DNA of 63,214 nucleotides, filler included, from Octopus bimaculoides (GCF_001194135.2; 6 parts of 6 records of this genome joined end to end with filler, not necessarily neighbours in it); one strand, 5' to 3'; positions 12,336 to 25,934 are shown, counted from the whole stretch's first letter. A program made the numbers and translations. Notes: generated by a model from the sequence alone, not told the origin.

Positions 12336-13959
12336 ATATCTATTTCAAGATCCCCTAAAATGATTTATTTCACATTGCTATTTTATTCCATGGAAACCCT
12401 TCAGTCAAGTGGCTAATGTATTAGAGAAATTCATTTATTGACATATTCGACTTCCACTAAAGATCTTAGGCTTTCTTTTTCGAGAAAATATCAGCATCTA
12501 AGCTAGTATGCCTTTTGCGGTCATTGGCTTGTTAAAAATGCCAGCCAACCTTCCATGAAACCACATCCTTCCATTTCAAAGAAAAAAAAAAAGAAAAAAA
12601 GAATTTATTGGATAATGTAGTTGGCTGTATCTAGAAGTAAAGAAGGGATAGCCATAGCTAGAGCATCTATCAACGCTGACTTGCTGCTAAATAACAAAAT
12701 CAATATTTAAGTTGCTATTGTAAGGTGAAGTTATCTTTTACTATTGAATTACGTCTGGCTTGAAGCTGGTTTATTTCATTCATGCAGCTAATGCTCTCTC
12801 AGTGTCATGCCCAGCATTTATCATTATTTTCATTCCTCCCTGTTGACAAGATTGTTTACTTCCTGTCATGGTTAACTTTACCTTTCACTTTTTCTGAGAG
12901 CGATAAAATAAAGTACCAGTTGAGTACTAGGATCAATGTCATTGTCTATGCTCCACAATTCACTACTTTGTGACTTTGTATCTGTGTTAGAAATCAATAA
13001 ACCGGAGCATAGCTTACTTACTAGTTGATAATTTTGCTTCACAATTAGGATATCAAATTGACTTCTACCATTGTGAAGGAAAAATTGGGTTGACGATAGA
13101 TTACTGCTGTTGTATAGAAATCAAAAGCATTTCAAGGTTAACCTGTTATACAAATAATGACTGCCTTTTGTTTTTTGTTACAATAGTTGCTTCTTTCACA
13201 GTACAATTCAAAATATATATGTAGGCTTTGTACCCCATATTTATGGACGACTATCACTGATGAAACGATCCACTATCTAAATGATAGTCTGGATACCCTG
13301 GAAATATATAAGGTTAAGTGAGAACCTCATGTAGAGACTGCAGCCAAGAATCTTGAATGAATCCTAATAGTGCTTTCACAATGAATCACAGTGTTTGTGC
13401 TAACTGCTGCAATGTTTCTGTGAAGTAGAGCAATCCCATGAATAAAAGACAGGAGCAGCATCACCATAAATGCAAGAACGAAATTTGCTTAAGAAGTGCA
13501 AACCCAGGTTTAACCCAGGATGTTCAAAATGTTTCATTCCCCCAACCCCCAACAAAATTTTAGTGAGGGCACTAGCACCCCCTGTTCCCTGAGCCTACAA
13601 GTATCACAAAAACCTTATCATCAACAGGATATATCATGTGTCTGTCATCAAGCTCGACGCAAGATTTGAATTGAGAACGGGGACATTATACAAATACAGA
13701 TATTAAAGGTAATCTTTTGAATTTAGTACATAAAAATAGGGCCACTTTAAAAGCAGGATAGTCTCACCTCCCCCAAGCAAAGCAATGCACTGGGGTCCCA
13801 CACATACTTACACAGCATAACTAGATTAGTACCCGGCTCCTATACCCATACCTTCCCCTCAAGCAATTGTTCAGTGAGTCAATACCTGAAGACAAGATTG
13901 CATATAAGTAAAAGAAACTGAATTGGAATGAAGGGTAAAGATATATTCATTAATAATTA

Positions 13960-14238
13960 GCCATGCATTTTATGGTAGGTCCCTTGACTCCACAAACCTT
14001 CATGGCTTAAATGCTTGTTGTTTCACTCGTCACACAGAGCTAAACCTTGTCACTAAGTGGGCTCTGGAGCCAGTGGGATAATCCAGAAGTGATGGGAAGA
14101 GACCAGATGGTCTTACCCTTTGTCCCTAGGTAAGAGGTAGGTTCCATATCTGGGATGCCACTGGCTAATGTCTTAGCCTCACCATCGCCTGTGGTAATGC
14201 CACAAGCATGTTGGCTTGCTTCAGCAGATTCCATTGAA
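13960..14238 (+). mobile_element. CRE-clade non-LTR retrotransposon C-terminal fragment (REL endonuclease)
   Basis: Reads LHGL..RHTELN..EPVG*SRSDGKRPDGLTLCP*VRGRFHIWDAT, then LSLTIACGNATSMLA after an internal deletion. Confidence 0.75.
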
Positions 14239-14246
14239 CCTTGTGG

Positions 14247-15598
14247 GGATCTTTTCTGTTTGGCTGACAAAGTTAATTTCTGTTTGAATTGATTTCATAT
14301 TCAGTGTAATGATACACTTTTATATGCTAATTAATGTCATGAAAATCATTTTCGACATAAATCAATAAATAAAGAGTTATTAGCTATTAAAGTTTTAAAA
14401 TTTTAGGTAATTTTAGCCAATTGTAAACCACAGACACATTCATACCTGTTTCCATAGTAACAAGCCATATTTGAGAACTCTTTTGTCTGCAAGAAAGCAC
14501 ATGTTGACTAATATGTTCCAGTCATTGAGATGGTTGTCATATGTGCTAAAACTAGCAGCCAAATAGGCTTTAAATCATGCACCAGAGGAGGATGCAGTTT
14601 CATACTTGCAAGAAAAGGGTGTTATGCTAAAAAAAAAAGAAATTATGCAAAACGAAGAAACATTTTATGAGGACAAGAAAACATGGTAGGAATAATGTAT
14701 TGGTGATGCATGCACCAAGGATGCATGGAGTGTGTCAGTGAGGAAAGACTCATAGTTTGAAGGTGGTATCCTTCCTCTTAGCGCTGTAGTATTTTTCCTT
14801 TACTCATGGGTTAAGGAATTGACTCCAGTCTAGTTTTGTGTTGAAGAACTGGGGATGAGCCATAGCACAGCTGTTGATTATAACAGCTATGTTAAGGAAG
14901 TATGTGTGGAGAACTTGGCCCGTCAACTAGTTAAGGTTGTTGGTCCTGGGAAGATTGTTGAGAAGTTTATTTTTTAAAGATATTTAATTTGTAATGTGCT
15001 ATTTTGTTTTTGGATTAATCTTTTAAGTTTGTGCTATAAGTTTCTTATTTTGAGAAATATTTAGTTTTTAATATGCTGTTAATTGCATTAAATGCTTAAA
15101 ACTATAAAATACATGTTGTTTACTTGTTTTTTGTCATTGAAGTAGTTGTGAGGTGTGCTAAAAATGACAGCTAAATAGGCCTTAAATCATGCACTCCCAC
15201 AATTTTTTTTCTTTTGGCATAATTGTATAAAGTCCTGCATGTAGAATACAAATTTGCAAAAATTTTCTGAAAATTCCCAAAAATAAAAAGGCTATGCGGG
15301 GTTACATGTCGTGTGCAATTGATTTGTTTATGGTTTCATATAAAAACACAAGTGCTATTTTCAGGATGCTGACAAACTGTGCAGTCATGCACAAAATGAC
15401 AGCTTCCAAATCCAGTTTCCTGACTGGGTGAAAATGATCAAACTTTAAACCTCTATAACTTAAAAAAAAAAAAAAACTTCTGGAGAAAGTGAAGTAACTC
15501 CAGCAATTCAGCTTGGAAAACCACATAATTGTACCAAATTAAAAAATTTTCAATAAACTTTGATTTTTGAAATCTTGGCAGCCAAATAGAAAAGATCC
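14247..15598 (+). mobile_element. Merlin (IS1016/ISXO2-like) DNA transposon, internally deleted
   Basis: TIRs GGATCTTTTCTGTTTGGCTG / CAGCCAAATAGAAAAGATCC, 8-bp TSD CCTTGTGG/CCTTGTGA. Transposase remnant SVRKDS*FEGGILPL..FCVEELGMSHSTAVDYNSYVKEVC..VVGPGKIVE at about 14730-14965. Confidence 0.85.
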
Positions 15599-15772
15599 CC
15601 TTGTGATGTGTGACTAATTAAAGCACTTGGTGTTGAATTGATGTGTTTTTTTTCTTTTCTTTCTTCCTCTTCGTCTCTTTTCTTTCTTTTCTTCACTCAT
15701 GTTTGTGTTTTCTTTGATTTTGGATTTGTATTTTAATGTGACTTCGTATTATATGTTTCATATACATACATG

Positions 15773-16529
15773 AGATCTTGTCTGTTTGACTGCCAATCTT
15801 CAATCTCTTCAATTTCAGCTCGAATTGATTTCATATTTGGTGTAATGACATTGTTTTATATGCTAATCAGTGACATGAAATTCATTTTTGCCATAAATCA
15901 ATAAATAAAGAGTTATTAGTTTTTAAAGTTTGCAAATTTTAGATAATTTTAGCCAATCATAAGCCATAGACGCATTTATGCCTGATTCCATTGTAACAAG
16001 CCAGACATGAGAACTCTTTTGTCTGCAAGATAGCATGTGTTGACAAATATATCCTATGCAAAAGTATGTACTTTGTTCAACTGCTTGTGCCCATCTGCTG
16101 CTTGTATCCTGATCAAGAGATGAGCTAAAAATAACATACAAATGGGTCTTAAATCACGCACCTACAAATTTTTTTGTTGTTGTTTTGGTCTTTGTATAAT
16201 CATATGAATTCTCAAATGTAGAATCCAAATTTGTAAATATTTTCTGAAAATTCCCCCAAAATAAAAAAGTTATGAGGGGTTATACGTCATACATAAAGCA
16301 AAAATTGATTTATTTACATGTCATGCACAAAATAACAGCTACCAAATCCTGTTTTCTGACTGAGTGAAAATTATCAAACTTTAAACCTCTAAAACTTCTT
16401 TAAAAATTTTTCTGGAAAAAGTGAAATATCTCCTGAGATTCAGCTTGGAAAACTGCATTAATACACCAAATTTTTAAATTTTCAATAAACATTGGAATTT
16501 CCACAGCTGCAGCCAAACAGAAAAGATCC
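15773..16529 (+). mobile_element. Non-autonomous Merlin derivative (MITE-like) of the same family
   Basis: Same TIRs and subterminal sequence as 14247-15598, without the transposase segment. TSD CATACATG/CATATGTG. Confidence 0.82.
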
Positions 16530-17089
16530 CATATGTGTAGTTATTAAATTCAAAGTTTCTAATTTAGGAAGATCAGCAATTCTGATAGGAGAGGATTAGT
16601 CAATAGCATCAATCTCCGAGTACTTTATTTTATCAACTGCGAAAGGTTGAAAGGCTAAGTTAACTTCAGCAGGATAAGAGCTGGAACAAATAACCACAAG
16701 GCATTTTGTCCAAAGCTCTAACAATTCTACCCTTTCACTATGCTTGCGTTTCATTGGCATTCCTGTAGAATAGAGTCATTGGTGGAATAGAGGTGTAGGA
16801 AATTATTTGGTACATGGAAAGCAATAAGTTTTATGTATCTACATACTGTAGATTATGAACATGCAAAAAAAAAAAATAAATGATAATAATAATTTTTTTA
16901 AATGAGGGGCAATTTTATACCCCACCCTTTCTGTAAATTTTCATTTTAACTTTTTCCAAAACTTTTTTATGTTAATGTTATAAATAGTTTTGAAGAGTCA
17001 TAAACCTTAGATTTACAATACAGGTGACTAGACTATAACCCACACTGCCAGATATTTTAAGCATCTCAGCAGTGATTCCTGATGGGCTG

Positions 17090-18420
17090 GGGGCTTTCCT
17101 TGTCTTCATATCCTTAATTGTTTTATCTACCAGGGTACTGTTGATTCAGGAAGCTGGTCCCTCAATATTTGGTAGATTCTCCTCCTCCCATTCATTCTCC
17201 ATGTGCAGCAGTCTTTCATAATGGCATCTCCAAGCCACTTTCCTTAAAAGCAAGTGCACCATCATCCATGTGGACACATTTCTCCCCTATGACATCACAA
17301 TTTTCTTTCACACATTGTCCTGCAATCCAAAATACTTCACTTCTCTGGTCCTCACAATGCTGAACATAGGCAAACTTCTTCTTTTCTGCTTCTCCCTTGG
17401 CTAGATATACCTGTCTCCTCGCTATCTGATAAAGTTCCCTGCAGCCCCCACTCTTCCAGGCCTGTTTCTTTGCTCTAATGGCCCTGTCTACAGCATTGTT
17501 TCATCACTACATTACTCTAGGTCTGAAAGGAACTTTGCACCATCCACAGATTTGGTCTGTGGCACACAGCAAGCTGTCTCACAGGAATTCCCAGCTGCCC
17601 TCTATATCACAAGTTTGTAGCTCTTCCTCCCTCTCATCTAATTTCTCTATTAGGATGTCCCTAAATCTCTGACCATATGAAGGTCCTTAAGCTTCTAGAT
17701 CCTTCTTTTCCAGATTGGTCTGCTTCTTGGCATCCTTCTGGCCTGGAGTCTAAAGTTGCTAAGGATCTTGGTATTTAAGAGCAACCATGTATCCTGCTGT
17801 CTGGTGAGAATGAAATTAATCTGGCTAGCAGAGTCACCTGATTGAGAGGTTATCCAGGTGGCTGGCTGGCTTCCTGAAGTTGGTGTTGCAGCTCAAAAGG
17901 TTATTTGTTTCACAGAACTTCAGTAGCCTTGTTTCCTCTTCATTTCAGGGACCAATTCCATGGCCCCCATGAATACCATGGACGATACCAGGTTGCTAAC
18001 TGACATTCCTGTTGAAATCCCCAGCCATGAAGATGAGATCATTGTCACTTGTCTTTGAAGTGGCCTGCGGAAGAATAACATAAAAGTGGTCCTTCTGTTC
18101 ATTTGATAGCCCCACTTGTGGGGTGCAGGCAGATATAATTGTAGCTATACTATTCTGCAAGACTAGCCTGAGCTTAAGTACTCTATTACACACTCCGACT
18201 GCTTCTCTGACGTTATCTACCCATTTCTCTCCACCTACTCTATCACAGTTACCTTCCCAGAAGATTTTATACCTATGTGTCTTGCCTGTGAGGAACCTGG
18301 TTGAAGCTTCTCTCCACCTTACCTCTTGGATGCAACATACATCAACACACCTCCATTCAAGCATTTCTACAATCTCATTAGACCTACATTTCAATGTGCC
18401 TACATTTACAGTGTTAAAAC
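17090..18420 (-). mobile_element. RTE-clade LINE, APE endonuclease and linker region
   Basis: VGTLKCRSNEIVEML..VCCIQEVRWR and IFMAGDFN motifs, followed by a WWWNNAVDRAI-type linker. Confidence 0.85.
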
Positions 18421-18662
18421 ATGGGAAGGAGAGATGTTATTCAGCACCTGAAAAGAAGATTTCCGTGATTGTTTGATAGCAGATATGTCATAAAAGTTCT
18501 TCTCGCTTTTAACCTATCATCATTCAAACATGTTAAAATTGTTGATTCTACTGGGGGTGAGAGTAAAGTAAGCATTGTAAATATAAGCATTACTGCAGCT
18601 GTAAATATAGATATAAATATGCCAATGTTAAGTAAATGAGCTGCTATTTGGTTGTGTTAGTC

Positions 18663-18704
<42 letters not shown>

Positions 18705-19375
18705 AGAGAGAGTGAGAGAGAGAGAGATGNNNNNNNNNNNNNNNNNNNNNNNNNNNNNNNNNNNNNNNNNNNNNNNNNNNNNNNNNNNNNNNNNNNNNNN
18801 NNNNNNNNNNNNNNNNNNNNNNNNNNNNNNNNNNNNNNNNNNNNNNNNNNNNNNNNNNNNNNNNNNNNNNNNNNNNNNNNNNNNNNNNNNNNNNNNNNNN
18901 NNNNNNNNNNNNNNNNNNNNNNNNNNNNNNNNNNNNNNNNNNNNNNNNNNNNNNNNNNNNNNNNNNNNNNNNNNNNNNNNNNNNNNNNNNNNNNNNNNNN
19001 NNNNNNNNNNNNNNNNNNNNNNNNNNNNNNNNNNNNNNNNNNNNNNNNNNNNNNNNNNNNNNNNNNNNNNNNNNNNNNNNNNNNNNNNNNNNNNNNNNNN
19101 NNNNNNNNNNNNNNNNNNNNNNNNNNNNNNNNNNNNNNNNNNNNNNNNNNNNNNNNNNNNNNNNNNNNNNNNNNNNNNNNNNNNNNNNNNNNNNNNNNNN
19201 NNNNNNNNNNNNNNNNNNNNNNNNNNNNNNNNNNNNNNNNNNNNNNNNNNNNNNNNNNNNNNNNNNNNNNNNNNNNNNNNNNNNNNNNNNNNNNNNNNNN
19301 NNNNNNNNNNNNNNNNNNNNNNNNNNNNNNNNNNNNNNNNNNNNNNNNNNNNNNNNNNNNNNNTATATAAGATAT

Positions 19376-19590
19376 AAGGTGAGCTGGCAGAAACGTTAAC
19401 ATGTCGGGCAAAATGCTTAGAGGGTATTTTGTCTGTCTTTATGTTCTGAGTTCAAATTCTGCCTAGGTCGACTTTGCCTTTCATCCTTTCGGGGTCAATT
19501 AATTAAGTACCAGTTGCGTACTAGGGTCGATCTAATCGACTGGCCCCTTTCCCTAAAAATTTCGGGCCTTGTGCCTAGAGTAGAAAAGAG
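19376..19590 (+). mobile_element. SINE family A, near full-length
   Basis: GAGCTGGCAGAAACGTTA A-box region, GAGTTCAAATTC B box, family core and GGGCCTTGTGCCTAGAGTAGAAAAG tail. Confidence 0.88.
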
Positions 19591-19623
<33 letters not shown>

Positions 19624-20081
19624 AGAAATTATGAATTAGAGGTTATGTAACCATCTATGGGATAAATGTATCCATAGGCATTACTGGTGTATTACCTAAC
19701 TATGTATAGGCCTTGCTGTAAGGTTAACAGTAGTTGATAATTTCAGATAAGATAAGAGAAGAAATGGAGCAACATGTAACATCTACTTGAATCAACTGTA
19801 CACACATGTGCTATCTTTTAAGGACACAAAAATGTAAGCCTAAAGACCTAATGAACCTTTTCCTTTTCCGTTTCTTTTTCTTTTTTTCTCCTGTCAATAT
19901 TCCCCTGGTAAAGTTCAATTCGTTCTGATGTTTGTTACATGGAATGAGATAAACGCAAGTTTACCTAAAAAATAACAAACTGAAACAGCTGTAAATGTTA
20001 TCTTAACCATAATTCAATTATCATTCAATACTAATGATTAGTTTCTAATTGTTACATGTTGCTCTATTTCTTCTCTTATCT

Positions 20082-20113
<32 letters not shown>

Positions 20114-20356
20114 AGTTGTATGCTGTCAACTTAATGTGACAGTCCCATGAAGGGAATAATACTACTGCTATTTAGCCCCAGGAAGTAGCACCGCTTCCTG
20201 TTGACAGGCCATGCTACTCCAGTTTCTTAAACCTTGATGAGCCCATTATTATAAACTATGTAAATCCTATATATTAATTCTTTACATTAGTTACAAAATA
20301 AATTTTATCTCTTATGTGTCCTTTAAATGATATTAGATATATAAGGTTTTAATTTT

Positions 20357-20533
20357 CATCATCATCATCATCATCATCGTTTAACGTCCGCTTTCCATGC
20401 TAGCATGAGTTGGACGATTTGCCTGAGGACTGGTGAAACCGGATGGCAACACCAGGCTCCAATCTAAATTTGGCAGAGTTTCTACAGCTGGATGCCCTTC
20501 CTAACGCCAACCACTCAGAGAGTGTAGTAGGTG
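20357..20533 (-). repeat. RTE-type LINE 3' end with (GAT)n tail (related copies about 2900-3070 +, 12450-12700 -, 34680-34910 +)
   Basis: (CAT)n followed by CGTTTAACGTCCGCTTTCCATG..GGATGCCCTTCCTAACGCCAACCAC. Decayed versions occur at the other positions. The RTE assignment is an inference. Confidence 0.7.
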
Positions 20534-20633
20534 NNNNNNNNNNNNNNNNNNNNNNNNNNNNNNNNNNNNNNNNNNNNTTAATTAATTAANNNNNNNNNNN
20601 NNNNNNNNNNNNNNNNNNNNNNNNNNNNNNNNN
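20534..20633. other. Artificial unknown-size gap marker: 44 N + TTAATTAATTAA + 44 N (also at about 26991, 51223, 57243, 61247)
   Basis: Identical 12-mer with stops in all six frames, embedded in 100-bp N blocks five times. Confidence 0.95.
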
Positions 20634-20666
<33 letters not shown>

Positions 20667-22902
20667 GTGTGTGTGAAGACCTATAAATATATTGCTTTCT
20701 TATTATAAGTAATTGACAAAAATAGATCTAAAATTGATAGCTTTTTTCTCTGTATGTGTTCAGTGTTAGTTATTTGATTTAAAAAGTAATCACTTTTTCA
20801 GAGAAACGTGTCAAATATTTAGTCACGAAAACCAATTAGAATAGTGTTTAGATGAACCTATTGGAACATAATGTACTTATATTTCTTGTGGTAGTAATCA
20901 TATATTGTGTGTAAATGTATACTTTATATACGTCGCAAATGAACCTAAATCCACATTTGTTTATTTCCTGCGAAGCGCAATATAGATATTATTAGGTTCA
21001 ACATTATTCAAAGGGCTATCATCCAAATTCATAAAGAATTTGATGATATTGTTTTAAGCAACCGCGTTACAGTTTTTGCTTTTAATAGGAGAATGTTATG
21101 TTGTACTTATTCATACTAAGGCTCCGATCTGATGATGGAAAACATAGAGTTTCCTTACTTACTTGCGGTTCTAGTCATTCAGATATGAAAAATGTTAACA
21201 GATCGATTTCTTCTCGTATATGGTAGTCTCTTCTCTAAAGAACACAATTTACACTTCTCTATATTTTTTAATTGTTACTATAGAAATACATAGATATATT
21301 AAACTACAAAATATTAGTTTTGGATGCTATAACAAGAAATTTTAATACGTGAGCCAAAATATTTTTTGTTCAACGATGCAAATCTCGGAAGCTTAACATT
21401 GCTAGAAAAGAAAAAAAAAAAAACAGCATATAATATCCAATTTTTAAAGTCAAAATTTTGTTATATCTCTTTGTTAATAGTATCATCGATTGAGACTTAT
21501 TATACAAATTTTTATCTAAGTTACATACACTGATTATCAGTTTATGAATACAGAGAAATTGTCCAAATGCAGAAGAATAGACGAATAGACATATTTACGA
21601 CATCAATCGATATCAATGAAAAGCTAATATTTTGGAAATTAAAACTTAAAACAATGCTGGTTAAAATTCTATTCGCTCGAATCTCTATAAATATCAGGAG
21701 AAATAAACCCCAAGTCAACCAAATATCGATTTTCTAACTTATTTCCAGGGGTCGATGTAATCAACTTAGCTCCTCTACTCGAATTGCTGGCCTTGTACCT
21801 TTCGAACGTAAACATTCTGATTTCGAATTTTAGCATGTCTGTCTACCAGAAAATAGAATGCTTCCGGTCTTGTAGCCAACAGAAATATTTTGAATCGTGG
21901 ATATGAAGCTGTTTTAAAATTATTACTGGAAGGAATTTCAATGCATAAATGCAGTGAAGGTCGTTTTGGCAGTCGGCAAATTATGCTTTTTTACTTAGCT
22001 CGTTGGTAAATTACCTTGTTACTTACACCACGCCTAGCTTTCTTCTTTCCACAGGTGATTAGAACCTTCAATGCTATAATATTTTCTGCTAGGATAAAAC
22101 GTTAAATTTTTTAATGGCTGTCGAAAGATGAGCAAGTCATCGTGTCACTTGAAAGCGACATATTGAAATTTGCATTTTTATTTTGACATCAATAAATAGT
22201 AGATTAATTCTTCGTCTCTTTAATAATATTTGCTATAAAATCGACGCGAAATGATATATTCATGTCATCATACACCATAGAATATATAAAATTGATATGT
22301 TTTATTTTAGCAAAACCAATTTACGTATTTCAATAGTGGATGAATCGTAATAGAATTTCCTTACTCCAGTGAATGTAAGTTAACAGCCGAAGGCAACAGT
22401 TGCATTTTACTATTTGAATTCCAAGCAGTACTTTTCAACCAATTCTTTTTTTTTTTTTTTTTTTTTTAATATGTGAAAATATATTTCAGATGTTAATAAC
22501 ATTTTGAAGGTAATATTGAGGCTTGTTAATGAAATTCGACGAAACGCCTTAAAGACATGCTACACTGGATGTATTGAAATTTTTCTAATTTTGCCTGCTT
22601 CGAAATTACTTATATATTACATTGGCGATTTCAAAACAACATAAATGGTATTAATATTTGAACATAATGGGAGGGATTTGACTCAATGAAAATTAAATTT
22701 CGATGTTAAAAATAATTTAATAAAAGCACGGTTACCTATATATGATATGCGTATATAATATCCATTACTTATCATTGCACATATTATTGAATTGCTCGTT
22801 TTACATCGTTAATTATAATCCATAAGGTATTTGTGCAATATTTGTGATACCCATCTCTGTTAAACTATAACGATATTGACTTAATATTTAATATAGAATT
22901 GA

Positions 22903-23200
22903 GTAATGGCGCATGGCAAAAGGGTTGAGATATTTGGTTGAAGATTGTGATTTCGATGTCTGGAGATATAGATAGTGTCCTTCAGCAAGTCACTTCATTT
23001 CACGTTGCCCTAGTCCCCTCAGCTGGCAAAACACCTGTATTTGGAAGGGCCAGCTTTGTCACATTCTGTGTTATGCAGCATATCCTTGAGAACTATATCA
23101 GCGATATACATGTCTGTGGAGAGCTCAACCACGTGCACGTTAATTTCCTGAGCAGGTTGTTGCCGATCAACTGAAAACCTCCTCCTCGCTAGCAATGGAA
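22903..23200 (+). mobile_element. Old SINE related to family B, with a CORE-like segment
   Basis: 3' half matches 4600-4750 (ACATGTCTGTGGAG..GTTAATTTC..GAGCAGG..GATCAACTG); contains GTGTCCTTCAGCAAGTCACTT. Confidence 0.7.
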
Positions 23201-23923
23201 TGCCATTTAACATTAAATTGTGTTTATTACTTTACATATTGCCTACGAAAATACACAAGCAAACAGATGTATTTTCATTTATAAATGGCTTTATACGCCG
23301 ATCATTTTCTTCTAAACTTTCGCAAGGTTTTATTTGCTTTCAGTATGTATTAATTACGATTCGTATTTGTAAAATGACCGCGCTCGAATTTTGTAGCATT
23401 TAACATGCTAAAATGATATGTTGTGAGTATAGATCACCCGAAATTACACATTGTTTATGCATATACTGGTCCTCTCGTTGGTTAACGATCGTCCACATTA
23501 TTTTGGTCGATATGGTAACTTCAATCGGATTAAGTAATGACTTGTATAAATTCAGGCTCTATACTATACGTTTGATATATAGCTGTAGCATTCACTCATT
23601 TTAAAGGTACCAGGTGAGTTAAAAATGATATATATTCATATATCTATAATAATGTACGAACCTTTATTGTACTTTTCAATTTGCATTTTTCCATCATGTT
23701 TATATATTCAATTTCGTTCAATTTACCCGTGGGAGTTGTTCAGATATTAAGTTTTTATTGATTTCTATCGCCTACGCTAGCATGCTCCCTTTCCATACAC
23801 GCATAAACTCTCATAGTTGTGTGCATATACATATAAATATATATAAAATCATCATGAGTGTTTACGTGCCTGTGTGTGTGTGTGTGTGTGTATGTATATA
23901 TACATGTGTGTGTGTGTATGCGC

Positions 23924-24003
<80 letters not shown>

Positions 24004-24020
24004 GAGTGTTTGTATGTATG

Positions 24021-24053
<33 letters not shown>

Positions 24054-24429
24054 CACCCACAAGCACACGCGCACACACAAACATATTATATGTGCATAAC
24101 TATACTACGTATATGCACATTAACATACATACAGAAATAAACATATAGGAAAATATATATGTAATGCAGAGAAAGTGAGAGAGAGAGAGAGGGAGAAATA
24201 GAGAGGGGAGAGAAAAGGGAAAAGAGAAAAAGAGAAAGATATATGACAATCGCAAATCATATTTTGTATTCATAAGCTGGCTGATGAGAATTTGTCTTTT
24301 TGTTACGTGTACAAAGACACGACAAAATTAGCTGACCAATATATCCCGCACACCTGTAGAAGAATAATTATTTTCAAAATAATCAAAAATGTAAGTGCTC
24401 CAGCATTGCCGCAATCAAATGACTGAAAC

Positions 24430-25600
24430 AAGTATGACAGCGCTACAAAGGTGATGACAGTGACGATCCAAGACAGTCATCGTCTTCTGATTCTTGCTCA
24501 TTGTTTGTCATGGAAACGGATGTGGCCGCAGATCCTCTCGCATAAGGCACTGAAAGTGACTTCAAACAAAAGCTGCATGGGGTTTGTGCCAGCGTCTCCT
24601 CTCTTCGTACATTCTCCTGCATTCGGTTCCAAAGTGCACTATTGTAGTATCACACAAGTAATTCCATGTCTTCCGAATAGAAGCCAGGTGCGAACCGATT
24701 GTGAGGGACACTCCATAAATTGAGACACCACTTGAGATGATCAGGAAAATGAACTTTTGGACTTTCAGTAGACCAAAGTGCATTTCCGGTGTTGAAGACG
24801 ACTGTCTTTGGGACCCAATGACTCGGCATCTAAATGACATGGCCAACCAAGCGGAGAAAATGACGATGGATGCAGGCCTCAATACTGCAGATCCCCGCCC
24901 TCAGGAAGTTTTCTATATGAGTCTCTTTGTCCTTCCATGTGAGACCGAGGATACCATTGGAGTGATCTCTTACGGAATGCTTGTAGTTGTCTGACCTGAC
25001 GACTATAAAAAGTCCAACTCGCAGGCAAGGACTGAAGCGTGGATTCACAGACAGCTCTATAAATGGAAATGTTTGTGCTTGCTCTAAGGTCCTTGCTCTG
25101 AGAGACTCGTTTGCTGAATCTTCCGAAAGATCTAGACGCCAACCTGATCCGACGGCGTATCTGCTCGTCAAGGAGTCCAGTGTTAAATAACGTGCTTCCA
25201 AGGCAGCAGAATGAGACCACCTGCTGTAGAAGAGCATCAGCAGTAAGGACAGGCTAAGGGGATGGTAACTAGAGGAAGAATAATTAGAGAATGTCTGTTT
25301 TGCGTGATTCACTTGAAGACCGACCTAGGTACTGTTCATTGAGTTCGTGGGGTGTTGAAGAGAGTCGAATGCAGCTGAATCGTCGGCATACTGGACCTCG
25401 CACCCGGTGGTTGAGAGGATATTTCATGTGGATGTGAGGCGGGATAAACTAGTACTGTTGACCGTATCAAACGCCTTTGATAGATCGATGAATGTGCAAC
25501 ATAAGCCTCTCTGCTGTTCTCAAAACTTCTCAAGAAGACAGGCCACAAATATAACGTCAGAAGTACTTCCTTCTTTGAAGAGTGTAGTGTCAATACTTGT
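24430..25600 (-). mobile_element. RTE/BovB-like LINE, RT and 3' region
   Basis: FIDLSKAFDTVN, LGSTL..LDEQIRRRIRLASRSFGR..STNISIYRAV..STL motifs. Confidence 0.85.
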
Positions 25601-25934
25601 CAGGTAAAAAATGGAGAACTTAAGAATGGATGGAAATTCGAAAAAGGCCTGAATGTTGTAACAGAATGACTCAAGCAGCACATATATGCGAAAACAGCAA
25701 ACCTGATTAGGTTTGGACACTGGATTAAGCAATACCGGCAAATCAAATTGTTTAGAACTGACCAAAACGATTCTATCAAGAGATTAATGTCGATAAAACG
25801 TGAAAGATTAGTCTCTGGAGCTGATGCAATACAGCTTTTTAGGGGTAAGATACGGAGTAAGTCAGAACAACATAATACTACAGCTGAGTGGCTCTGCAAC
25901 CTGAAGCAAACAGCTTCCTATCCCCAGTAAGAGG

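Noticed and set aside
12719-13043. Possible solo LTR (TGTAAGG...AATAAA...TTCACA)
   Set aside because: Flanks GCTAT and ATTAG do not form a TSD, and there is no second copy.
18636-19411. Long ORFs through N runs or microsatellites (also 27-28.6, 40-40.7, 58.1-58.9, 61.9-62.9 kb; poly-I, poly-L, YIYI, HTHT)
   Set aside because: Artefacts of gaps and simple repeats.
20578-20589. TTAATTAATTAA recurring five times between N runs
   Set aside because: A six-frame-stop palindrome centred in exact 100-bp gap blocks; an assembly linker, not biology.
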